Shown one piece after another: positions 30,580 to 41,091 of a stretch of DNA of 64,000 bases. The DNA comes from Gammaproteobacteria bacterium (GTDB lineage: Bacteria; Pseudomonadota; Gammaproteobacteria; JABABF01; JAHRAO01): contig JAHRAO010000018.1 in assembly GCA_020027215.1 (NCBI GenBank), forward strand, positions 10,013-74,012, in the 5' to 3' direction. The translations under genes and the position numbers were made by a program. Below the pieces are notes generated by a model that saw nothing but the letters and a program-made list of their open reading frames with translations, was not told the DNA's origin and searched no databases. Within the stretch, counting starts at the first letter, position 1; each line of letters opens with the position of its first letter.

Positions 30580-31299
30580 ATGAATGACAACAAAAATATA
30601 TCCAAAAACGATGCCGTATTTATGAATAGTGGCGGAGCGTCAGATGCCACTTTTGCCGCTCGGGATAAGCGCGCTCAAATCAGCCAGGAAGCGAGTCAAG
30701 TATTGCGCAATACTTATGCTTTATTGGCGTTGACCATTATGTTTAGTGCAGTCACAGCCTCGGTCTCCATTGCTATTGGAATGCCTTATATGGGTTTATG
30801 GACTTTACTCCCTTACTTTGCCCTTTTGTTTGCTGTCGCCAAAACACAAAATTCGGCATGGGGATTGCTTTGGGTATTTGCACTCACCGGTTGGTTAGGA
30901 ATTACCATAGGGCCAATTTTAAGTATGGTCATAGGGCTCAGGGGATATGAACCTATATTCATGGCATTGGTGGGCACCGCAGCGATATTTTTCACTCTCT
31001 CCGGTTATATATTGATCACCCGCAAAGATCTCAGTTTTATGACTGGCTTCCTGTTTATCGGAATTCTGATCGCCTTCCTCGCTGGCATTGCAAATTATTT
31101 TCTCCAAATTCAAGGGCTTTATTTGGCAGTGAGCTGTGTATTTTTACTGCTGAGTTCGGCGCTCATTATGTGGCAAACCAGTGCCATCATTCATGGCGGT
31201 GAACGCAATTATATTGCCGCAACTGTGACCTTGTATGTCATGCTCTACAATATTTTCTCAATATTAGTTACTTTTTTTGCCAGTTCATCAGACGACTAA
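30580..31299 (+). CDS. Bax inhibitor-1 / YccA family inner membrane protein
   Basis: 239 aa with 7 predicted TM helices and the BI-1 motif QEASQVLRNTYALLALTIMFSAVTA at the N-terminus. Confidence 0.75.
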   Translation: MNDNKNISKNDAVFMNSGGASDATFAARDKRAQISQEASQVLRNTYALLALTIMFSAVTASVSIAIGMPYMGLWTLLPYFALLFAVAKTQNSAWGLLWVFALTGWLGITIGPILSMVIGLRGYEPIFMALVGTAAIFFTLSGYILITRKDLSFMTGFLFIGILIAFLAGIANYFLQIQGLYLAVSCVFLLLSSALIMWQTSAIIHGGERNYIAATVTLYVMLYNIFSILVTFFASSSDD

Positions 31300-31330
31300 G
31301 CCCTCCTCACTCACGGCAACACTATAATCA

Positions 31331-31732
31331 TTGCCTTGCGGTGGTTTTTATTGTGATGTCATCACAAGGTTGAAAATTGCCCTTGCCGTATACGGCGCAC
31401 CTCACTTGAGTCATGCGCCGGCGAGTGCGTGGCATTTTGCCACCGCTGCTATTCATCAGTCGCACAAGATTGTGCGCGTTTTCTTTTACGGTGACGGCAC
31501 CTATATTGCTCATCCGCAATATTCGCAAAACGACTTTAATAACCTTGATAGCCACCAGCAATGGATTGTTTTAGCCCACACACAACAAATTGAATTGGCA
31601 ATTTGTCGCACCTCTGCTATGCGCCGAGGATTAGGGGAAGACATACCCCCCCCTTTTGTCCTTTGCGGACTCGGACAATTGATAGATGCTGGATTAGTTG
31701 CTGATCGTTTTATTGCTTTCCATACCGCATGA
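31331..31732 (+). CDS. tusD: Sulfurtransferase complex subunit TusD (DsrE family)
   Basis: DsrE/TusD-like (IALAVYGAPH..., VFFYGDGTY). The start codon is uncertain; the ORF track uses TTG at 31331. First gene of a tusDCB-like operon. Confidence 0.65.
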   Translation: MPCGGFYCDVITRLKIALAVYGAPHLSHAPASAWHFATAAIHQSHKIVRVFFYGDGTYIAHPQYSQNDFNNLDSHQQWIVLAHTQQIELAICRTSAMRRGLGEDIPPPFVLCGLGQLIDAGLVADRFIAFHTA

Positions 31733-32010
31733 ACGATTGCTTAATTATTCTCCACCACCCACCGATTGACGAGCGCATTAATATTGCCCTCACCGCAATT
31801 GCATTTATTCCGCATGCCACTCTCCTCATCACTCACGCACAAGCGATCGAACAAGAATTACTGATTCAATTGAAGCACTACAATATCGACCACATTTATC
31901 TCGCAAAAGGATTAGACACGCCTTCTATAAAAGATATGCGTGCCACAGTGTTAAATGACTCCCAAATTCGCGATATGTTTTGTCAAACAGATTTTGTTTT
32001 AACCCTATAA
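31729..32010 (+). CDS. tusC: Sulfurtransferase complex subunit TusC (DsrF family)
   Basis: 93 aa DsrF-like protein between tusD and tusB, overlapping both neighbours. Confidence 0.55.
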   Translation: MNDCLIILHHPPIDERINIALTAIAFIPHATLLITHAQAIEQELLIQLKHYNIDHIYLAKGLDTPSIKDMRATVLNDSQIRDMFCQTDFVLTL

Positions 32011-32327
32011 TGCTTCATTTAGTCAACGCCCTACTCGATCCAGATGATCTCGCCCGCCTGTGCAGGTGGCTAGATCGGGAGAGTAAAATATTACTCATTG
32101 AGGATGGAGTCTATGCCGCCGCCCACTCGCACCCTCATGCCACACAATTTGCCGAGAAACAGGCAAGTGCTTTGCGCCGCGATAGCCTCCAGCGCAGTAT
32201 TCCGCGCATCCATCCCGCAATAATGCTCATTGACGATAATGATTTTGTCGCTTATGTCGTGCAGTGCGGTGGCGTTATGAATTGGGGGACACGCTCAGCT
32301 GGGCACAACAAAGATTACAAAGGATGA
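32010..32327 (+). CDS. tusB: Sulfurtransferase complex subunit TusB (DsrH family)
   Basis: The start MLHLVNALL.. overlaps the tusC stop (TAATG). About 105 aa, of DsrH/TusB size and position. The ORF track starts earlier, at 31980. Confidence 0.5.
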   Translation: MLHLVNALLDPDDLARLCRWLDRESKILLIEDGVYAAAHSHPHATQFAEKQASALRRDSLQRSIPRIHPAIMLIDDNDFVAYVVQCGGVMNWGTRSAGHNKDYKG

Positions 32328-35300
32328 AAAAGAGGCACCCGCGGGAAATAGAGGGCAATGCGAGGCTGTTTGGAATGATGAGCAAAAACCAATTGGGCAT
32401 ACTCCTGCAACTGCGCTTGATGGGACTGGACTTGTTGCGCAATAAACCGCTCTTGCGACTCTGTGGGTGTTGGAACGGCTGATTTATAATCTATTATCCA
32501 CGGTACGCCTTTTTCATCAATGAAATAGCGGTCAATAACGCGTCTTTTTAATTCTCCTTTTTCATAATATGTCAGTGCCCATTCTGCAACACCTTGTTTA
32601 TGGGCAGGATTGAGTATCCATTGTCCAGTTTTATCTGCCAAAGTTTTATCAATCGCATCATTGACCGCCACCACCGCATCATTCATTTGCTGTGACGCCA
32701 CACCTTGTTGGCGGAGCAACGATTCAACCATCTCTTGCCGCCGCGCTGCTGGCGGGAGATCTACACCCTCTGCCAAATGTTTGAGTAGTTCATGAATGAC
32801 ATTACCGATAGCAGTGCTGACACGAGGATATTCCACCCACTCCGATTCAGGTAATTTGCTATCTTTTTGAGGTGGAGATGTGCGTGCCGATGGTGATTCG
32901 GGGACCGACAATGACGACAAAGGTAAGCGCCATATAGTTGGTTCAGCGATCTGTTCGGGTGCTTGTTGCTGAGATGGAACTTCGTGGATTTCATAACGTG
33001 TCACAGCGCACACTCTTCCTAATGCATCTGTCAACGACAATTTTTGTTCTTTTTGTGTCGCCCATCCACTCAAAATCAATCGTTTCCGCGCACGGGTTGC
33101 GCCAATATACAATAAGCGATCTTCTTCATACTCTCGCCGCAACTTATTTTGTTTCTCTAAAAAATAATAGAGCAATTCATGTTTATTTTTTTGCACCTGC
33201 GGCAATTTGGCACCAATGAGAAGTGGCGATTGTTTTTCCCATGCTTGATAATCCCACAATAATAGCGGTGTAGAGTCATTGTGGGATGCGCGGTGCAATG
33301 ATGGTAAAAAAACCGTGTCAAACTCTAATCCTTTTGCGGTATGCACGGTCATAATGTGCACACTATTCGCATCGGGTGCTAGTGAGGAAGAATACAGCTT
33401 GGCAATCTGCTTTTCTATGTAAACCGCATCGGGTAATTGATCATCCAATTGAGCGAGCAACGCAAAAAATTGATCCGCGTCTTGCCATTCATTTCTCTTG
33501 GCAACAAGAGCAGGCCCGCCTAATGATCGCCATACTCCTAATATCCACTGCGAAAAAGGCACGCGTTCACGGCGGTCAAAAGCAGCGTGCAGTATATTGA
33601 CTAATGCCGTTATTCGCACAGCACCATCCCGAGACAAACCATCACTCTGTGCTCGCACAGCACATAATCGGTGCCATATTGTCTCGCCCATTCCATCACC
33701 TGCAACCGCCAATAAGTCGGCGTGATCCAAAGCGCACCAAGGCGCCCGCAATAGTGCTAACCACGCAATGCGATCGTTGGGGTTAGTGAATGCGCGCACC
33801 AAAGCGAGCAATTCACCAATTGTCATCTTGATTGCCAATTTATCAATTTCTTCTGCACGCCAATTCACTTTATGGGCGCGTAAAGCTGGCAATATATACT
33901 CAAGACATTTACGGGTACGCACTAAAATAGCAATACTCTCCCTGGGAGAGATCTGCTGGTATTCTTTTATTTGTTTTACCAGCCATGTTGCTTCAGCGGT
34001 GCCTTTTTTTTGATTATTGGCACCAACAAAAACATGGACTTGCGGGGCGGCAGTGTCTCCTTGCCGATCTGCCTGCATGGGTGTGTAAGAAACCGCCCCG
34101 AACGCAATATTTTCTTGTCGCGGAAAAATATCGGCAAAACAGTGATTAATCCATTCAATAATGGTATGGGTCGTGCGAAAATTGGTTTGCAGGTTGCAGA
34201 GTTCTAAACCCACATTGCCGATACCATTGCGACGCGTGTGTAAAAACAAACCCACCATGGCGCCACGCCAACTATAACACGACTGCATGGCATCACCGAC
34301 GACAAAGATGGTGCGCGAGGATTGTGGGTACTGTTCATTGTATTCTGCCCAGTCAGCGGTTAATTTTCGCACCAATTGGAATTGATGGGATGATGTATCT
34401 TGAAATTCATCAATCAAAATATGGTGCAGTCGATAATCCAGTTGCAAAGCAATATCGGTCGGACAATCATCGCGTCCCAGTGCGTCTTGTGCGCCCATGG
34501 CAATTTGCTGATAATCCACCTGTCGCTTATTGTGAAAAATCACCATCAAGTGGGCTGCCAATTTCGGTAATATGGCGGTCACTGCTTCCACTAAACGCCA
34601 CTCGTTTTCACTACTTTTCAACTGGGGTAACTCGCGCACATTTTCTAAAGACTTCGGGATATCGGCATGTGCTTGACCAATGTGGGCAATAATGTCCAGC
34701 ATTGCATCCTTTTGTGTTTTATTTTTTTTCGGCAGAAATTCTTGTTTTTTAGTAAGTTTTTTTCGCAAGCCGTTCCCTTGAGTCAATAGCAAATCGGCAA
34801 TCTTTCGCAGTGCCGCAAGTCGTTGATCATCATCGGTGGGTAAGCACGGATATTGCAATGGTGAGCAGTCCAGCTCGGCGCATATAGCAAAAATTTTATC
34901 GAGCCACGGCTTCAAATTTTCAATCGTTTCTTCAACTACTTGCATAATCATGCCCGCGCGCGCTTTATCTAATTCATCGCAAACCTCTTTGCCGCTCATT
35001 CCTCCCGTTCCACACAGTGGCAACCATTGCTCACGAGAAGGCAATAGTTTTACTAACATCTTGACCAAGTCATCGCTACGATTATCAACCACTTCGCGCA
35101 ATAAAGTTTCAATAGGGATCCGCAAATCGGGATGCGCAATGACCTCACGCGCTGCCTGATCATATAAAATGTCGGGGTCGCTCACAATACCCATTTTTTC
35201 ACTTAAACCAGATTTAATCGGTAATTGTTCGGCGACAAAACGATTAAAGCTATCAATGGTCATAATTTGTAAGCGATTGGGGTAATCCAATAAACGCCAG

Positions 35301-35608
35301 TTTTTTTGCGCATCGCACTGGAGCACCTTATGCGCCAATTGCCACGTTTGCTGGAGATGCTCTTCATTTGGCGGCGATGAAGATTCTTTGGCAGCAGTCA
35401 AATGTTCAAGGATGCGATTTTTCATCTCCGCCGCCGCCTTCTTTGTAAAAGTCATCGCTAAAATGGCTTCGGGTTGATCGACATCTGCCAAAAGTGCTAA
35501 CATGCGTTGGGTCAGCAAGTCGGTTTTACCTGATCCAGCGGGAGCACTCACACAAAAAGATGTGCGGATATCTAAAGCGCGCTCACGTGCGCGCGCATCA
35601 ACAATCAT
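32315..35608 (-). CDS. addA: AddA-type ATP-dependent helicase/nuclease (UvrD/REP helicase with C-terminal PD-(D/E)XK nuclease)
   Basis: Walker A SAPAGSGKT and UvrD-family helicase motifs. The C-terminal nuclease motif GVPWIIDYKS (D-Y-K) is typical of AddA/RecB nuclease domains. The start is taken at the Met forming an ATGA overlap with the addB stop at 35605-35608. Confidence 0.75.
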   Translation of the reverse strand: MIVDARARERALDIRTSFCVSAPAGSGKTDLLTQRMLALLADVDQPEAILAMTFTKKAAAEMKNRILEHLTAAKESSSPPNEEHLQQTWQLAHKVLQCDAQKNWRLLDYPNRLQIMTIDSFNRFVAEQLPIKSGLSEKMGIVSDPDILYDQAAREVIAHPDLRIPIETLLREVVDNRSDDLVKMLVKLLPSREQWLPLCGTGGMSGKEVCDELDKARAGMIMQVVEETIENLKPWLDKIFAICAELDCSPLQYPCLPTDDDQRLAALRKIADLLLTQGNGLRKKLTKKQEFLPKKNKTQKDAMLDIIAHIGQAHADIPKSLENVRELPQLKSSENEWRLVEAVTAILPKLAAHLMVIFHNKRQVDYQQIAMGAQDALGRDDCPTDIALQLDYRLHHILIDEFQDTSSHQFQLVRKLTADWAEYNEQYPQSSRTIFVVGDAMQSCYSWRGAMVGLFLHTRRNGIGNVGLELCNLQTNFRTTHTIIEWINHCFADIFPRQENIAFGAVSYTPMQADRQGDTAAPQVHVFVGANNQKKGTAEATWLVKQIKEYQQISPRESIAILVRTRKCLEYILPALRAHKVNWRAEEIDKLAIKMTIGELLALVRAFTNPNDRIAWLALLRAPWCALDHADLLAVAGDGMGETIWHRLCAVRAQSDGLSRDGAVRITALVNILHAAFDRRERVPFSQWILGVWRSLGGPALVAKRNEWQDADQFFALLAQLDDQLPDAVYIEKQIAKLYSSSLAPDANSVHIMTVHTAKGLEFDTVFLPSLHRASHNDSTPLLLWDYQAWEKQSPLLIGAKLPQVQKNKHELLYYFLEKQNKLRREYEEDRLLYIGATRARKRLILSGWATQKEQKLSLTDALGRVCAVTRYEIHEVPSQQQAPEQIAEPTIWRLPLSSLSVPESPSARTSPPQKDSKLPESEWVEYPRVSTAIGNVIHELLKHLAEGVDLPPAARRQEMVESLLRQQGVASQQMNDAVVAVNDAIDKTLADKTGQWILNPAHKQGVAEWALTYYEKGELKRRVIDRYFIDEKGVPWIIDYKSAVPTPTESQERFIAQQVQSHQAQLQEYAQLVFAHHSKQPRIALYFPRVPLFHPL

Positions 35609-38214
35609 ATTTTTTCCTGCTCGCGAATACGGCAACAATGATGCAAATGACAATAACGGCACGTACTCTCTTTTTGTGGCGCCACCCGCGCAACGCCGCG
35701 GCAGTATTCATCCGCCAAACATTCAATAGCCACACGCCACTCTTTGAGCAGAGATGGGGTGATTTCTTGTGTATGATACTTATACTTAGATTCGGAAGAA
35801 CATACTTGTGCCACCGCTAATGTGTGCAGTTTCCGCTTTTTATCTTGGGTATACACAAGGGCATAAAGAGGCATTTGCGGGGCACTCAGGCGCTTATAGT
35901 CCCATTTAGTATCAATTTTTTTGCCGGTCTTGTAGTCAATCAACCAATAATCCCCTTTATGGGTGCGATCAAGCCTATCAATGCGCAGATTGACTTCGGC
36001 ATCACCGATCTTTCCTTTAATCGTGCTCTCGCATTCTACCACCTTAAATTTTTCTCGTTGAGATCGTTGAGATTCGGCTGTCTCCATCCATTGACTAATG
36101 AGATTCACTAAACGTTCGCGTTCAAGGGATAGCCAGATTTCGCCCCATCTTTGCACAGCTTTATTCTCCTTCTGCCATTTTTCCAAGATGCGATCGCATG
36201 AATCGGCAATCAATGATTTGCGAGAATCACGACCGAATAAATAAGACATATTTCCTGTCTCCGTCGCCTGTTTATATAATTCAGCCAACACTTCATGCAC
36301 CAATTGACCTCGTTCAGCATAATCCGGACCTATTGCCGTCTCGTCTATCTGCCTCGCGCCCAAGCGATGGAGGGCAAAAGCACGGAAAGGACAGGCATAT
36401 TGATCGGTGAAATGTCCGCTACGCATAACGGGAGACTCAACGCGCACATCATCGAGTACAACAGGTTCTAACTGTGGCGCATCGGCTGGGTCCATGACCC
36501 AATGGGGCTGCCAAGTGTGTTCCCATTCTGCATTAGGCTTGTAACCACTCACCAAATTATGGGGGAGCATTTCGCAATCATCAGCCGATTGCGCCATACT
36601 CCATAAAATATGCGGGGCGCTTTGTTGGTAATCAGCAAATAATTGGGTTGCCATATCTGCATTGTGTGCGACATCGGCGTAATTCATTCCCCATTCCTTT
36701 TGTAACGACAAAGGAATCATCGGATTGGGATGAGGAAATACTGGCCAGTTAGTATTCCAACCGGTATACCATACCCCATCACAACGCAACCCTGCTATTT
36801 CCAGCGCACCCAACACATGCACTGTCACAGTGGGCACACTTTGTGCTTGGAACTGACAACGCCATGCCATATCGTTTAATCGTTGCGTTGCTTGTGGACG
36901 ATTCAATTGACCTAACAAAGCGTCATACAAAGCAAATTCATTTAATAAATCTTGCCATCGCTCCCATTGCTGATACTCGGCATGATTAAAACGCCCTCTC
37001 CCCGGATAACCGAGTGCACGTAACTCCTGCCGCCACTGATCGACCCAAGCACTCGGGGCACAAAGAGTAGGTTTATCTTTCTTCATTTCCTTTAATGCCC
37101 GCACCATCTGAGGGCAGGTTTCCCCCAATGTGCTTTCATCGCACCACTGATATAAATCATCTGGCGTCATCTCTTCCTGCCGCCGTTTCAATAATTCCTT
37201 GATAGGACGAGCGGTGTTCCCGGGTGCACTACACTCGGTAATGTAAGGGGATTGCAATAGTGCACACAACAGGGACACCTGTATTGGTCGGTAGGGGAGA
37301 TCTAATAGGTGGAGTGCGGTCGATACCAGCGAGAAATGAGTCAAGCTTCTTGGCGCAGCAATATTGACTACTGCAGAGATATCGGGGTTCAATAAACAAT
37401 CCCCCGCAAAAACATCGGTGAGTACACGTTCCACTATCGGGCGTTGCTGAGTTAAGTTGGGCACCACTACGGCATAGGTCTTTTCGGGGTGCGCCGCCGA
37501 TTTTTCTCGTGCCCAGCGCGCCGCACTATATAGTTCACTTAATGAATCGGTGCATTGGATGAGCTCGCTCTCTGCAGTGAGTTCAGAGACCGCTATATCT
37601 TCATTTTTTTCGCCAATGAATGCGGCTAATTCACGATACAAAGGCGGAAACGGTTGAAAACCTATAGGGGCAATAATGGGCACTTTTTTCTTCTGCCCTG
37701 TGCGATACATTTCTATCACCATGGGCGCTATTTCCAAGCACGTCATGGCTTTTTTTTCATTGGCAAGTATGCGATACGACTGCAAGCACTTATAAAATAA
37801 TTCGCCATTATCCCGCCGTTGGAATTCCTGCATCACCAACTCTTCGTCCCAATCAATCTGCCATAAAAGCAATTGTTTATAAGCCTGACGCATATGATTG
37901 ACCGTATCAAACGAATGTTCATCGCAGTTTTGCGCTATCGCTTGCTGCCACAAAATCTGTTCTCCCTCATCCGAGAGAATGTACCATGGCGAGGCTTTCG
38001 CTGACTCTACACACACCAATGATGTCCATTGGCTACGCAACCATTGTTCCGCAGTAGAGATGAATGGGGTTTGCCACGCATGGCGTTTTTGTTGGCGCTG
38101 ATGGTCGTCATACACCCCCATCATCGCACGACACAAGCGTTGGCGGGCACCCCAAACGACACCTCCCGCCTCTAATACACCTATCAAACGAGTGGAATCA
38201 TAAATAATATTCAT
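35605..38214 (-). CDS. addB: AddB-type helicase-nuclease partner subunit (PD-(D/E)XK nuclease with C-terminal Fe-S cysteine cluster)
   Basis: 869 aa. The C-terminus has a nuclease motif (..GDYWLIDYKTGKK..) followed by cysteines CRYCHLHHCC, typical of the AddB iron-sulfur staple. It lies directly upstream of addA with ATGA coupling. Confidence 0.7.
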   Translation of the reverse strand: MNIIYDSTRLIGVLEAGGVVWGARQRLCRAMMGVYDDHQRQQKRHAWQTPFISTAEQWLRSQWTSLVCVESAKASPWYILSDEGEQILWQQAIAQNCDEHSFDTVNHMRQAYKQLLLWQIDWDEELVMQEFQRRDNGELFYKCLQSYRILANEKKAMTCLEIAPMVIEMYRTGQKKKVPIIAPIGFQPFPPLYRELAAFIGEKNEDIAVSELTAESELIQCTDSLSELYSAARWAREKSAAHPEKTYAVVVPNLTQQRPIVERVLTDVFAGDCLLNPDISAVVNIAAPRSLTHFSLVSTALHLLDLPYRPIQVSLLCALLQSPYITECSAPGNTARPIKELLKRRQEEMTPDDLYQWCDESTLGETCPQMVRALKEMKKDKPTLCAPSAWVDQWRQELRALGYPGRGRFNHAEYQQWERWQDLLNEFALYDALLGQLNRPQATQRLNDMAWRCQFQAQSVPTVTVHVLGALEIAGLRCDGVWYTGWNTNWPVFPHPNPMIPLSLQKEWGMNYADVAHNADMATQLFADYQQSAPHILWSMAQSADDCEMLPHNLVSGYKPNAEWEHTWQPHWVMDPADAPQLEPVVLDDVRVESPVMRSGHFTDQYACPFRAFALHRLGARQIDETAIGPDYAERGQLVHEVLAELYKQATETGNMSYLFGRDSRKSLIADSCDRILEKWQKENKAVQRWGEIWLSLERERLVNLISQWMETAESQRSQREKFKVVECESTIKGKIGDAEVNLRIDRLDRTHKGDYWLIDYKTGKKIDTKWDYKRLSAPQMPLYALVYTQDKKRKLHTLAVAQVCSSESKYKYHTQEITPSLLKEWRVAIECLADEYCRGVARVAPQKESTCRYCHLHHCCRIREQEKI

Positions 38215-38319
38215 TGCAAATTATTTTAATGTCGTTGAGATGGGATGGATCTGTTGAACCGATTTAATTACATTCCGTTTCAAAAGGTATGTAACTTCCC
38301 TATTTTAACATAGCGAATT

Positions 38320-39348
38320 TCACTCGCCCGAGTGCGCCGTAATAGCGCGCCAGTAAAGGCGGAATTTCCTATTGAATTGGATATGACGCAATAACCTTGT
38401 TTGGCGGTAAAGGCGGTAAGTTGCATCGGGAGAGTCCTGATTGAGAGACATCAGTGCCCTATATAAAAATAATGCTCCATTGTAAGTGAGCCAATGAGTG
38501 CTATAGGCAGGATTATTGATGTTGAGGGCGACAATTTTTTCCACTACCACATTGAGACGAGTAAATTGTTCGCTCTCTTTGAGTTCACCATCGGAACTAA
38601 TTTCATCAATACATATGGAAAAGCGTTCACGCCATAGATTAGAGACGGCGCGCCAAACACACTGATTCATCAAACGAATATTAGCCGTGTCTTGTTGGGG
38701 GTGGCGGCGATAATACAATAAAGGTTTATTGAGGAATACTAATTCGCTGACTTCGCTGAAACGCATTAACATTTCCGTATCCATTGCCATAGGTAAATTG
38801 GTGTCGTAACGGATATCGTGTTGGCGTAATACGCTACTGCGTAGCATTGCTGTGCAATTGTACCCGATAACAATACGACCAAATAACAGCTGGGAGCGAA
38901 TACGCTCGGCAGAACAACGCCGTCGCCAAGCGACACTGGTGATGCGTCTATAACGAGGTGGGGAATCTTCAAAGGCGATGAATGGGGCACTCACCGCACC
39001 AACATGGGGGTGGTCACTTAAAAAAGTGGACTCTATCGCCAAACGTTGTGGGTGGGAGATATCATCGGAATCGTGAATGGCGATATATTGTCCTTGGGCA
39101 TGGGCGATCGCCTGATTATACCCGCCGGCAATACCGATATTGTCGCGACAGGCATAGTATTTTATTTTTGGGGTGGAATACGAGCGGATAACTGATTCGG
39201 TATCATCAGTAGAGCCATTGTTAAAGATAATCAGCTCAAAATCTTGTTCGCTCTGATGCAAAATACCATCTATGGTTTCACCGATGAAAGCCGCTCGATT
39301 GTAAGCCGGTATCACAACCGAGATGAGTGGGGTAGACATCAGCGACAC
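38320..39348 (-). CDS. Glycosyltransferase family 2 (tandem paralog 2)
   Basis: GT-A N-terminus ISVVIPAYNRAAFIGETIDGILHQSEQDFELIIFNNGSTDDTE and a DSDD motif (DXD). Confidence 0.75.
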   Translation of the reverse strand: MSLMSTPLISVVIPAYNRAAFIGETIDGILHQSEQDFELIIFNNGSTDDTESVIRSYSTPKIKYYACRDNIGIAGGYNQAIAHAQGQYIAIHDSDDISHPQRLAIESTFLSDHPHVGAVSAPFIAFEDSPPRYRRITSVAWRRRCSAERIRSQLLFGRIVIGYNCTAMLRSSVLRQHDIRYDTNLPMAMDTEMLMRFSEVSELVFLNKPLLYYRRHPQQDTANIRLMNQCVWRAVSNLWRERFSICIDEISSDGELKESEQFTRLNVVVEKIVALNINNPAYSTHWLTYNGALFLYRALMSLNQDSPDATYRLYRQTRLLRHIQFNRKFRLYWRAITAHSGE

Positions 39349-40389
39349 TCAATCACGAGCAACCCACCCACACCATTTTTGCAATAAATGTTTCGCTAAA
39401 AAACGCAATTTCCCGAGAAATGGCGCATATTGCATATAACGAGACTGCCGATAAGCCCGATAGACAGCAGAGTGATCTTGAATGACCCCCCCTATACGTT
39501 TTAAGTGCGTATATAAACTATGGCTACAATAAAGACGCATACTATGATCATTATAATCGGGGTGAGACAAGCCGAACTGCAAAATTTGTGCACAGGCACG
39601 TTCAAAGGTAGCAAACTGTTGCAAATCATGTATCCTTCCCGCATCGTCATACACCGCACCTTGTACTGCGCAGATTTGTTGCCAAAACCTTTCCCGCACA
39701 GTAGCCTCTTCACGCATAGCGGTAGCCCAACTACCTCCTTGCTGGGTTCCATGTTTGCGGTAATACACTAATTTCACATACAAACTCGCCATATTTACTT
39801 GCATACTCCAACGCAGAAACAAATCTAAATCCATAGAGATAGTGTATTGTAGGTCATAACGCAACTGGCTACGGGATAAAGCATCGGCACGCAACATTAC
39901 GGTGGGATGGCGCACCATAATATGACCAAAAAGAAAGCCAGCTTTGGCATGAAGAGTATCATAGCGCACGCGCACTTTATTGCGATTAATAGGCTGTGCA
40001 GATGGCGGGGCAGTGGTGAAATCCTTTAAGTCACACCCGACTGCGGCAATATGGAGGTTATCATTCAAAAAACGGGATTGGATTTCTAAGCGCTGGGGAT
40101 GCGAAATGTCATCCGAATCATGGATAGCGATATACCGACCCCGCGCCAGGTCAACACCGCGATTGTAACCGCTTCCCGGTCCATGGTTCTGTGGTAAATA
40201 ATCGTAGCGGATCTTATCTGAAGTATAGCCATGGATAAAGGATTCAACATCATCTGTGGAGCCATTATTGATAATAATCAGCTCAAAATCTTGTTCGCTC
40301 TGGGCAAGCAGTGCATCAATTGCGGGACGAACATATTCGAGGCGATTATAAACCGGCATCACAACCGAAATAAGCGGGGAAGAGGACAT
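39349..40389 (-). CDS. Glycosyltransferase family 2 (tandem paralog 1)
   Basis: ISVVMPVYNRLEYVRPAIDALLAQSEQDFELIIINNGSTDDVE and a DSDD motif. Shares near-identical DNA stretches with the downstream paralog. Confidence 0.75.
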   Translation of the reverse strand: MSSSPLISVVMPVYNRLEYVRPAIDALLAQSEQDFELIIINNGSTDDVESFIHGYTSDKIRYDYLPQNHGPGSGYNRGVDLARGRYIAIHDSDDISHPQRLEIQSRFLNDNLHIAAVGCDLKDFTTAPPSAQPINRNKVRVRYDTLHAKAGFLFGHIMVRHPTVMLRADALSRSQLRYDLQYTISMDLDLFLRWSMQVNMASLYVKLVYYRKHGTQQGGSWATAMREEATVRERFWQQICAVQGAVYDDAGRIHDLQQFATFERACAQILQFGLSHPDYNDHSMRLYCSHSLYTHLKRIGGVIQDHSAVYRAYRQSRYMQYAPFLGKLRFLAKHLLQKWCGWVARD

Positions 40390-40560
40390 TATGATGTGCT
40401 CTGGCTCCTGCGTTCAATCCATTCGGTCATTGTGAACAGCGATTGCCAAAAGATATCTATGCTTCATCAGATTCTTCCATCGCATGTGCGCACATTATTT
40501 ATTTTCACAACATATCCGTCCCATAAATTATAGTATTATAGTGCACATAGGTTATCCATT

Positions 40561-41091
40561 ATGCAGTTCCATCCGACATCCATTCTAGACGTTATGGCCG
40601 TTGAGACAGGCGGTTTTCGCGATGAGCGCGGGGCTTTTGCGCGCATTTACTGCCCGCAAGAGTTTTCCGCCGCCGGCATAGATTTTGCTCCGGTACAAAC
40701 GAATGTCGCGATCAGCCGGTGCAAGCATACTTTGCGGGGAATGCATTACCAAAGCGAACCCCATGGTGAAATGAAGCTACTCACCCTCGTGCACGGCGAA
40801 ACTTTCAATGTCGCTATAGATATGCGCAAAAACAGCCCAACCTATAGGAAGTGGGTGGGAATGCATTTAAGTAGCGAAAAATTGGACGGCATATTGGTGC
40901 CTTGTGGATTTGCCAATGGATATATCACCCTATCGGATGAGGTGATTCTCTTCTACCATACTAGTGCCATGTATGCTCCCGATTACGAAAAAGGCGTCCG
41001 ATGGGATGATCCGACAATTGGGGTCAAATGGCCTTGCCAGCCCGCACTCGTCAGCGATAAGGATCAGAATTGGTCATTATTATCTAGGTGA
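40561..41091 (+). CDS. dTDP-4-dehydrorhamnose 3,5-epimerase family (RmlC-like cupin); nucleotide-sugar substrate uncertain
   Basis: 176 aa. It aligns along its length with RmlC (GDERG.F.., ..LRGMHYQ.., V.G..F.VA.D.RK.SPT..KWVG, P.GFA.G, YAP..E.G.RWDDP..G..WP). Confidence 0.8.
   Translation: MQFHPTSILDVMAVETGGFRDERGAFARIYCPQEFSAAGIDFAPVQTNVAISRCKHTLRGMHYQSEPHGEMKLLTLVHGETFNVAIDMRKNSPTYRKWVGMHLSSEKLDGILVPCGFANGYITLSDEVILFYHTSAMYAPDYEKGVRWDDPTIGVKWPCQPALVSDKDQNWSLLSR

Noticed and set aside
32264-32482. 72-aa plus-strand ORF after tusB
   Set aside because: It lies entirely inside the 3' end of addA on the opposite strand and has no features.
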